From Chromera velia (lineage: Eukaryota): DNA of 64,000 nucleotides. This document shows, one piece after another, positions 53,010-63,322 of the stretch. Under the pieces are notes generated by a model that saw only the letters and a program-made list of their open reading frames with translations, searched no databases and was not told where the DNA came from. The stretch spans positions 1 to 64,000 of the forward strand of contig JAHBMJ010000366.1 of assembly GCA_018398765.1 (NCBI GenBank). The letters run 5' to 3'. Numbering within the stretch: position 1 is the first letter of the stretch; each line of letters opens with the position of its first letter. Position numbers and translations under genes: made by a program.

Positions 53010-55477
53010 CGATTGATTGATTGATTCTGCCTAGACCCGGCCGGCACATGGGACAATCAGGGAGGCAGGCAGGCAGGCAGGCAGGCAGACAGACGGACAG
53101 GCAGGAGGCCGCAGGGGCAGGCGCAAAGGATTGAGTGGGGACTTTGGGACAAGCAGACAAGCAAGTCAGGGAGACAGACCGGCACTGCTACTTCGATTAT
53201 GAGCCTCAGAGGGACTTTCTGTCTCTCTCTCTCTGTCTGTCTGCCTGTCTGTCTGTCTGTCTGTCTATTTGTCTATCGCGTTGCGTTCTTCCCTGAATTC
53301 AGGTCAGAGAGGTCCTGCCTGCCAAGCGAAAGGGAGCCTGTGAGTTTCTCGGGGAGCTCAAGGTGACGCACCCTAACGGTGCTGCGTTGACACTCGTCAG
53401 TGGGTGGGTGGGAGGTGAAGGGGATAGCCTGGTCTGGCCTGGTCTGGTGGGGCTGGCTGGCTGGGTGCATGGGCTGTGTGGGCGGATCTGACTCTTCCTT
53501 GGAATGAAGTGAAGGAAAGAAAGAAAGAAAGAAAGACAGACAGACAGACAGAAAGAAAGAAAGAAAGAGACAAGGAGAGAAAGAAAGAAAGGAAGAAAGG
53601 AAGAACGAAAAAATTGATTCAGCCCTTTGGGAAATGCTGTGGACTTTCGCTTGATCGAGTGAACAACTGACTAGAAAAAAAAGAAGATCACGCCCTCTGT
53701 GGCTTACTGATTCTGTATCCCCAAAAAGAGATGGACATACACGTGTCTGCAGTCGTTTCTGTCGTGCTCTTCTTGTATCAGTATCAACAGTGCTGGATTG
53801 TGTGCCTGCGCGTCTGAAACGAAAAAGCCGTTCCTTTCCTTTCCTTTGCGACCTTTATGCACGTAAACCGACCGTCTCCGAATTAACGATTGAATTGCAG
53901 CTTGCTGCTCTGAACCTTGCCGTCAATTGAATTGAATTGGCATATAACCGTGCAGTGTTGTGCTCCATACAGCTCTACATGATCTGATATATCGATCCCC
54001 CCACCTCTCTCTCTCTTCCCCCTTTGCCTCAGTGGAACGACGTACCACCTGAAGAGGGGAAGCATAACGCGCTCGAATACGAGCTCGATTCTGCATCCTG
54101 GAAGGGGGTCTTCAAGAACGGCAAGTAAGTAAGGAAGTCGGTCGGGAGGGAGGGAGGGAGGGAGGTGTTCCTTTAAAGGCCCTTGCTGGTGGATGACCTC
54201 CGATCGAGGCCCTTCTTGTCTCTCATTCCTGCAAAAACTCCTTCAGAATTCTGCATGTAACCCCTTCCTTTCTTCCTTCCTTCCTTTCTTCTTTCCTTCC
54301 TTTCTTCCTCCCTTCTGTCTTTCTTCCTTCCTTTCTTCCTTCCTTGCTCCTTCATTTTCTGGTTGCTGCTTTGCTTCCTTTTTTTACTTCCCTCTTGCAG
54401 GTGGAAGGTTGGAAAAGACCTGAACAACCCCGAGCGTGAAGAAACACTGGGACACCCATACGTAAGTCGCATTTTTGTTCTTGTTCACGCTTTGCTCCTC
54501 CGAACGACGTCACGGCCTTTTCCTTGTCCCCTCCCTGTTTCTTCTGCTCCCTTCCCTTACCAGTGAACCCTAAATTTAAATTCACAACAAATCGCCTTCC
54601 CTCTCTCCCCTCCTACCCCCTTGCCCGAGGAGCCCGTGAGAGAGAGAGAGAGAGAAACAGACAGACAGACAGACAGACAGACAGATTGACAGATAAACAG
54701 AGAAATATGCAGATTCGAAATCCCCCCCCCAGCTTCCTCATGAGAAGGTCGCTTCCCTCCCTCCCTCCCTCGACCCAACCTCTTCATGGCCATCTCATGA
54801 ATTGTTCACAAAACGCATGCAGCAACGCGAATGGGTGCATGGTCTCTCCGACTGACTTTTTCTTTCTTGATTGTGCGCAGGTCTCCGAGTCAAGCCTCAT
54901 TTGGTTCTCGCAGTGCCTCAGAGACAAGAGGTGGGTGGGTGCATTGGCCGACAGTCTGCCTCTCGATCCACACACAAAAAAATGATTCGCATGCGTTGCT
55001 TTCATGAACCCTTTTGCTTGTGTTTGTTCGGTCCTCTCGACAAGTCCTCGATCTGTGAGGAAATTCATCTTGCTGCCCGTGAAGAAGTCTCTGCGGATCT
55101 ACTGAATGCATTCAGATCCTCTCCTCACACTCCCAACACGCAAGCGTGTCCATCCACTCCACTTGATTTCCTGTGTTGTCTACGAAGACCGCCGGAAGGA
55201 AGAATTTGATGTTGCATGGACTGTACGCAGCCATCAAACCGACGTGGTTGAGTGATTGTCGCACGCGCTTGCAGGTGCGCCCTCCCGACCTACATTTAAT
55301 TTCATAAAAAAGTAAATGCACGTACGCGCTTGCAGGTGTGCCCTCCCGACCTACGCACAGGTGGCGCCAGCGGCTGTCGGCCTTCACCGTTCGCTTCTAC
55401 AAGTCTTTAGAAAGAGCCCGAATCCAGAAGCAATCTCCGGGCCTGACCTCGAACCCGACTGTCTGCCGATCACTTAA
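49775..55477 (+). CDS. Tandem fusion of two Gfo/Idh/MocA-family NAD(P)-dependent oxidoreductases
   Basis: Domain 1: WLIGCGKHA, ILVEKPLG, VAYNRRFY, GNSSHMLD, ANWNSAGRWAVE, FKPGL. Domain 2: WVVGCGNIGMRHLQG, IATTADARF, LILEK|PLFQ, WGLGCNGIHGLDLF, AKRKGACEFLG, C-terminal CLPIT*. Exons ~49775-50284, 50482-50736, 51090-51653, 52143-52286, 52759-52890, 53303-53395, 54033-54124, 54401-54461, 54881-54930, 55336-55477; one or two micro-exons unresolved. Confidence 0.85.
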
Positions 55478-56584
55478 TCCGCTGCTCTATGAAAACATTG
55501 AATTAAAAGGGGCTGGACACCGGCTTACAGATAAGTCAGGTGCCAGTGTGATAATTTAGTTAAGTGTAATTTCATTGAAAAACGTCAGAATTTTTATCAT
55601 AATTACCATTGTCTGATTCATTGATTGTGCGCGTGATTCAACAGTATTCAACGGAAATTGTCGTCACCTGGTTTTTATAGTTTAAATCACTTTTAAACGT
55701 AGTATATATGCGGTTTAAGCAGCGGTTACTACATTGCACTAATTATTATGAGTAATACTAGGAATAGTCTAGCATTAATAGTATTAGCTTTAAGCTTACT
55801 ACATTGAATACTATGCCAAACATTGCTAGTGATGTGTTTTACTACCCAACCTACCACTTAGGGGCCAGGAAGTTAATATAACTTAATTAGAGTCTGTATC
55901 TTAGAAATTAACTCCTTATACCTAGCCTCATACTTATAACTCTGCGGCATACTAGCTTACATGGTTAACAAGATAAAAGCAGCCTAGAAAGCAGGATTAT
56001 AATTTTGGCTCTGCACAGGCACGAGGCACTGGCACTTAATAAATAGTTTCCAATCTATCATGTTTCTTATATTTTCTTGTCCAGACTGTGGCAGTGTAGC
56101 GTGGCATCCTAGAAAATAACAACTTTTCCCTGCCTAACGTTACAAGCATCCAACTAGCTCTGGATATGGATAACGATGGCGCGTCATAGTCATAGTCATA
56201 CACACATAGTCACTGTAGACCGAACATACATGGGTAATTACTTCTATAATTGGAATATTAGCATGTTATGCCCCATGGTTGGCCAATTAAAGCCTATAAG
56301 TGGTGGTTCACCACGGCTTTAAGCGCCAGCTTCAATTCAATTCAATCTGTGTTTCAAATAAAGTACTTTTAATAATATTATATTGAATTCAAGAAAAAAT
56401 ATATTGGAACATTCATGCTACGCCAGGCTTGATACAAGGCTATTACAAGCTAGGATACAAGTACAACTGCTACCGGCGTCATTAACAATGTCCAACTCAT
56501 TTTATACTGTTGAAAAGCTTGTTTCCTGCGTTAACTAGGCTTATATGCTTGCATATTGAGTGTTGTGCCCTCTGAATACCGCTG

Positions 56585-58086
56585 TCACGAATAAGTCGGG
56601 CATCGCACGAGATATGGATGTGGTGCAAGGAAGAACGATTCAAGATTTGCTGCCACGACAGCCTCAGCAAAATCAGGGTCTATACATGAGTACTCCTTCG
56701 CGAGAGCCTCTGAAAGATACTTGGGGAACTCTGATCGAGAAAAAAGTGCCTTGGTCGTTTCGTCTCTTTGGCATGGTGACTGGCCTGCATCAGTTCCCTG
56801 CCAGTCCTTTCCGAGCTTTCTGTATAACTGTGCGTACTGCGAATCCGGTGACCCTTTCAAGTCATAATTCCCAGCCCCGAAATCCCTTTTGAGAGCTTTG
56901 AAATGGAACCACGCGTTCACGAACGTTCTCCCCACCTTCCCTTGTCCAGACAGTTTCTCACAGCGGCCCCCTTTGATGTAGACGGTCTTCTGGCTGATGC
57001 GGTGGAGAATGCAATCACCATTACCATTGGTCGGCCTCGTTGCCCACACACACGGGACGCCCTTTCCCCCCGGATCTCTTATCAGGTTGACTCCTTTGAA
57101 GCTCAGCGGTCTGAAATTGCTCTCTGGCAAATCAAGCAGTGTCTCCCGAGCATTCTGCATTGCTTCTCCAAAGACTATCGGGTTGAGAATCGTGTCGCCA
57201 TCCAACTTAATGGCATGCGAGAAGCGTGCACGACTCATGCAGAAGTTGTAGTAGTTCACCAGAGAGTGCGGGCTTGTTGGCGGTAGACTCAAGAACTCTT
57301 TTGTGCCTTGACCATAAACCTTAGCCATGTACTCGAAGACCTTTAGTTTTTTTTTGTCCTTCTCTTCAGGGGATGCCAAGAGTTCTCGTAGCCTGTCCTC
57401 TGTGCAGTCCGAGCAGTCGTTGAAGCAGACGACCACTTCATCGAGAAAATCAATCGCAGACATCACGGCACCGCTGATAAATTCACATTCATTCCTCACG
57501 CGAAAGTAACCGGTGATGCCCCTCTGTCGATCGGATTCTTTCAACATCGACGTCTTAAATTCGAAAGTCTGGACCCGCACAATGGGGTCGGTACTATTGG
57601 CGACATTAGCGGAATGTTGGAAAGGGAGAGCGGCTGCTCAGCCACGCTGCTCCCTGCTGGAAGCCCCACCGCTATGCTCTCTGTGCCCGTCCCCGTGTCT
57701 ACAGAAAGCAAACTAGTGAGGCTGCTGTTGATGCTGCTGGCACTGGTGGGGGCGACGGTGCTGCTGTTGGAGGCCGTGGCAGTGGTGCTACTGCTACTGC
57801 TATCGCTACTGCGCCGAATGCTACTGGTGGTGCTGCTGGCGTTATTGATTCTGACAGCAGGTTCCAGAAACGCCTCCCAAGGTTCCGACCCAGGGGGGGC
57901 AGCCTTGTGTCGGGCCACAAGCTCAGGGTCAACAAATGAGGACTCCTGCTTGCTCAATTGCGAGGGATCGAGCGTGCCTTTATCGTTCTCCACAAGCACG
58001 GACGAAAACCGCACAGTGGAGTGGAAGATGAAGAGGGAACAAAGGATGACAAATAGGAAGGGAAGCATGACAGACCGCCGCCTCAT
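56585..58086 (-). CDS. Type II membrane GT-A fold glycosyltransferase resembling the CgtA (beta-1,4-GalNAc-transferase) / GT2-like group; reading frame broken near 57610
   Basis: 5' ORF 58086-57541: TM MLPFLFVILCSLFIF plus Ser/Thr stem. 3' ORF 57580-56585: GYFRVRNE, VCFNDCSDCTE, SLVNYYNF, AIKLDGD (DxD). The two overlap in frames one base apart. Confidence 0.75.
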
Positions 58087-59040
58087 TTTTCACCACCCAC
58101 AGAAGAAAATACAACAACAAAAAAGCCCGTGCAGTTAGACAGGGGGCGACTGCCTTCGGGCAGTCGGTCGATCTAAATCGATGAACCCGATCGAATTCTC
58201 GGCAAATGGCAAATCACGTTTTTGGTGCATGGATCACATCGTTCTTTCGATCGAGCATCTGAACGCTGGTCGCGGCTTCCAGCTAGACGAACGCCACCGG
58301 ACAGACAGAAATCCAGACGGGCAGCTATATATATATATATATATATATAGACATGCAGGCAAGTATTTTTGCAGTCGATCTTGCAATGTGCATGCATGCA
58401 TGAATGTATCGGTTTCTTCTTTTAGAATTATAGACTGACAGATGTGGCTAAAAATGTTACTATATTAAGGAGGCACACCCAACCTCAGGTGAGTGCCTTA
58501 TTGGGTGTTCTGACACTCATGCAGGCTCTGCGTGGCTCCGTCAAATCACGCGCGCGTCGATATATTTATATCCGCAATTATATATATATATATATATATA
58601 TAAGTAGAATTTTTATGCGAATTTCCGCTCATGCAGGGCCTCGGATTTACCCGAGCTGCCCTCCGAGGACGCACAAACTTAATTCTCATGCATGCACACT
58701 AGCTTGCCTTCGCGCGCGAATACGCGCGAACAAACTAAAAAAATAAATCGATATCGTGTCTCTCTCTCTCTATATATACATGCAGATGCAAAAATATATA
58801 TATAAATTAAAGAGAGACAGTCAGTGTCAGTCACTGCTTGAAAAACGATCCAGCAGCGGATTCTTCTGAACGCAAAACAATCCAGAAAGGTGTCGGAGCG
58901 CGACTGTCATCACTGGTGGAAGGCAGGAAGGAGTGGAAAAGTGGAAGTGGGAAGCAGTCTGTTGTACAAAAGGTTTGTACGGGCATGCAACCCGATGTCC
59001 CCGGGGACTGAGCCCTTTTTGTAGACCCGTCTTTCTAGCA
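58087..59040. promoter_or_regulatory. Putative bidirectional promoter between the CgtA-like gene and GT29
   Basis: 954-bp head-to-head spacer with three (TA)n tracts, TGCATGCA (58389, 58689) and CGCGCG runs (~58549, ~58711). Confidence 0.5.
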
Positions 59041-62000
59041 ATGATTAGACTGAATCGCTGCGGTTGCCGGTACTTGATCTGCATCGCGCTTTTCGTGGCC
59101 GTAGTCAACACATTAGTGGGTTTGCAGCTGTTGAACGGCACTGAAATTCCATTTTCAATCGTCCCCTACCAGACTGAGTGCAACTGCACTGCCGCAGTTG
59201 CAGAAGCAGTTGCAGCCGTTACAGCTGAAGCGGCAAGAGAGAGGGAAGAAATCTTGGCTCGTGTTGCAATGCAGGCACAGGCAGCAGCCGAGTCGACGCC
59301 GCCGGAGCCACCGATCCCAAACAAAGCAGCGGGGACGGGGAAGAAGACGCAGCGGCAGCCTGCTGCACAGAAAAAAAAGAAAGTAGTGCTAAATGAGGAG
59401 TTACTGCCAACAGGCCTAAGTATTTGGGAGGTTCCCACAATCTCACGGAGAATAGCCGATTTGCCCTGGTCGAATCTGACCGCTTTCCGTGCGGCTTTCC
59501 CCAACGATACAAGTAGCTCTACGATCAAGCGGGTTCGCGGTACGCACGACTACGGGGCCGAGGAGCAACTTCGCAGCTTCTTCATCCAGCACGGCCTCGC
59601 GAACTTGCGATTTCCGGGTGTGAACGCCACGCAGCGGGTGGAATGGGACCGCCCTCCGTTGTTAGGGCTCCTGGAAGGGGAATTGAAGGGTCCTGTGCTG
59701 GACCACGTGGCGGCGCCCAAAAACGGTCGCCTTCCCTTTTCGATCCCTTCTAAACTTTATGATCAGTGGAAAGGACTGGTGAAGGGCCTGCTGGAGAAGA
59801 GACCCAGATTCCATCTTGACTCCACAGTGCCGAAGGGATCTGAGTATCCCACCTGTGCTCTCGTGGCCAGTGGTCCGGATATGCTCAATGCGAAGTTTGG
59901 CGCAGAGATTGATGCTCATGATGTGATTTTTCGGATGAACTGCGCTCCTGTCAACGGCTTTGAGTCTCATGTAAGTTTGAGAAGGAAAGAACATTCTAAT
60001 CAATCTGTCAGTGACGCCTTTGAAGCTCAACGAGTGAGTGGGAGAGTCAGTCAGTCAATCCGTGAGTTAGTCATCAGTCAGTCAATTTGTGTATGTATTC
60101 ACGGACAGCGATTCTGCTCTTGGTGTTGTTCGTTTTTGAATCGTCGGCTTCCTTCCACATTCTCTCTCAATCGTCCTTTGAAAAGGTCGGTCTCCGTGCC
60201 TGCCTGCAGGTTGGCTCTCGCACCACCTTCCGCACAACATATCCGGAAAGTACGAGGCAACTGAAAAGGCACTGTGAGAGTGACTCGACCGATCTTAAGA
60301 ATGAAACAAAAACTGACATATGGTGTGAGGGTATCGTCGACCTTCCGTCAGAAGGGGGCACAGTCATTGGGATGGTATTTCACCCACAAAACCTGGAGTA
60401 TTACCACTGTGGGGCTCTGGGATGTCCAAAAAGTTCCAAATACAAATTCGCAACAGAGTACGTGCCCTACAGCGCGGACACGTTTACAGTCCTGAATCCA
60501 GAAGTAATCTGGATCGCACAGAGACTAGTCCCACGAAACGAGACGCAGGGATGGCCTTCTGCGGGGGGGATTCTGGTGGCGCTGACAGGATTGGTAGGTC
60601 ACTCAGCGCTTTCAACGGCCTCTCTCACTCTGTCTTCTTTCTTTATGTGTGCCTCTTTATTTTCATGTCACTTTCTTTTTGCATTCATGATTACCAGAAC
60701 CCTAGTCTATGCTCGTGACATCGTCTCTCTAGATTTTCTTCATCGCTTATCTCTCTCTGTCTAGATGCTCGTGGCAGTTGTTGTCTCTCCTCTTTTTTCC
60801 CCTTTTGACTTTTGTGTTTCTGTGCGTCTGTACCGACCTCTCTTTGTCTTCTCCTTTCCTTTTTCGCTCCCTCTCCCCCCCACCCCCCCNCCCCCCTCTC
60901 TCTCTCCCTCTCTCTCCCTCTCTGTTTCTCTCTCTGCCTCCCTGTGCCGCTCTGCATCTCTCCACGTCCGCGTCTGAGTCGGTCTTCTCATGCGATTTCT
61001 TTGAGCTTGTTTTCTCTCCATCTCTCCATCCGTCGACCCATCCATCCATCAATCCATCCATCCATCCGTCCGACTCTGTCTACCCGAATTTCCTTCTGGC
61101 TCTCTCCCCCTCTCCCTTTTCTTCTTCTGCTTGCGCACATTTTTGAGGGTCCAGCTGACGCCTGTTTTTTTTCGCTGGACTTGTGAATGAATTGGGTGTT
61201 TGCGTCGACTGATTTCTCTCCCTCCCTCCCTCCTTCTTTCTGCATGTACATACGTGTTACAGCGGTTTCACATTTATGATGCACTTTTCTTTTGTATCAG
61301 ATCGGAAAGAACAAAAACAAAAGTTCAAACGTTTACTGTGCCAAAGTTGTCGGATGACCAGTCTCTGAAGATTTATTGAATAAAAAAGGAGAAAAACGTG
61401 AATTGCTGTGTATGCATCCTTGATCTTTGTTTTTATTTGTGATATATGCAGGTGTGTCGGTCGACAACCCTCTATGGGTTTCCCAGCTCATATGCTGAGT
61501 ACTCACTTAAAGGACATGAAGCAATCAAAGAGTCTGACTTTGTTCGAAGGTGGCACTACTATGATTGTGGCGTGGCCACATAGCACAACAGTCTCTTTGG
61601 AGTCAAAAGTTTACGGTCTTCAATGACCCCCCCCCCCCNNNNNNNNNNNNNNNNNNNNNNNNNCCCCCCAATTTAATAACACTTTAGTTTAACAAAGTGT
61701 CATGATATGCTGTCATTAAATGAAAGTCATCTTAATGAATTGTTTAATATGTATTGATATGTTATAATTCTAATAATCTGTGAACATGTGCTATATATAC
61801 TTAAATTTTGTGTCTACCGTTTCAAGTTGTAACCGTATGATGGTCTGTATGTTTCAAATAGTTTGATATAGAATAATTCAAAAATAAATACAAAAATTAA
61901 AAGGAAAAAAACTTGATATACTTAAAAAGCGATCTAAAGCTATTTCTAAGAAGGATAAAGAGGAAGACTGCCCACTGAGGCTCTGTTCAAATTTTTGATG

Positions 62001-62381
62001 AACGAAAGGCATAGTACGGTGGATGAGTTTCTGGGGAGGGTGGCGTTCAGAAGAAGAGTGTTCAAGGAAAGCCCAGGAAGGTACGCACCTGCCACCTGGA
62101 AACTCGTTATAGATGAAACAGTGTTGGCACCTAGGCACCGGCTAGAGAGAAAAAAAAAAGATCTCCCTGGATCGTCTACTTTTTTTTTTTTTGTCCAGTC
62201 AAACAACTGTTGTTCAACTATTGCACAAGTGTTGTTTATATATTGCACAACCGTTGTTATAAGTGTTGTTCAGGGTCAAAAAGTAAAAAAGAAAACAAAA
62301 AAAAAGATTTCCCGAGATCGTCTAATTTTTTTTTTCTCTCTAGCCGGCCGGCGCCTAGGTTGGCACAGAGATACGGAGTGA
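59041..62381 (+). CDS. GT29 sialyltransferase-like type II membrane protein
   Basis: TM YLICIALFVAVVNTLVGL. Exon 59041-59970 joined to 60210-60593 gives sialylmotif L (TCALVASGPDMLNAKFGAEIDAHDVIFRMNCAPVNGFESH|VGSRTT). Motif S spans PSAGGILVALTGL|VCRSTTLYGF (exon from 61452). Motif III HYYD at 61554-61565; motif VS HSTVDE at 62010-62027. Exact 3' end uncertain. Confidence 0.88.
61639..61663. other. Assembly gap (N run within a poly-C tract)
   Basis: Run of N flanked by C homopolymers; a single N also occurs at 60890. Confidence 0.95.
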
Positions 62382-63254
62382 TTACAAAAAGAAAGGGGGG
62401 AACGGAAAGAAGAAAAGAAGAATACAAGACCATCCTAGAAGCGATGGAAGCAGGAAGACAGCTGAGGAAGGGAGAAGGAGAAATTGCTGAGAGGAGAATG
62501 GAAAGAGGGCGTGCACAAAGTTAAAATGTCCTTTCGTCCTGTGTCATTGGATCAATTTTTGGAGTAGTCTCTTTTGAGCAGCCCATAGACCACAGCATGC
62601 AAAGCGCAGACAGATTGTTGTTTGTTAGTGGCCCGGGAAACCAGGCGGGCCACAGGGTATGGTCTGAGCCTCAGCGTCTGAGTCAGCGATGAGGTACACC
62701 CTCCTGCCGTTTGCGGGGGCGACCTTTATAAGACAAAACGGCGACAGTACACGTGCTTCGGGGCACCACTAAATCACTTTAATACTAGTATCACTTATCA
62801 CTTAACTTTCGTTTTATTATCATTTACAAACATAGTCATCCAGAATAATTCAGCTAGGATGCCACCAGGATGCTAATGCTACAAAAAAGTTTATAATTAA
62901 TATAATGGTACAAGACTACAAGTTGAGTACCAGCTTGAATATCAGTTTTTATGGTAAAATATCATAAGATTCAAATATGATAAGTAATGATAAGAAGTTA
63001 TTAAGAACTGACGAGATGATAAAAAGTAATAAGAACAAAGAAATTTGAAAAAATATATTTAAAATTATTGCGTTAATATTGCATCTTATTTAGATATATA
63101 CCAGGAGCTGCGTAGAGCTGCGCTCCGGTACGTATGTCCCACACACATGCAAGTACATGTATATACCTCTTTTTCTTGTCCGATTTCTATTCCGTCTCCT
63201 TAAGAGGAGAAAAGTGGAAGCTAAAAATAGGTGTGCATCCGTGTGCAACGCGCG

Positions 63255-63322
<68 letters not shown>

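Noticed and set aside
54931..55209. ORF 54871-55209 as the oxidoreductase C-terminus
   Set aside because: Splicing 54930 to 55336 gives the family-like CALPTY..LH..CLPIT end, so this stretch is intron.
57614..58138. Leu/Val-rich hydrophobic + strand ORF
   Set aside because: Antisense shadow of the Ser/Thr-rich stem of the CgtA-like gene.
62600..62770. GC-rich stretch with small hairpins (GTGCTTCGGGGCAC) as an snRNA or ribozyme
   Set aside because: No U6 ACAGAGA box, hammerhead core or tRNA structure recognised; an Infernal/Rfam scan would be needed.
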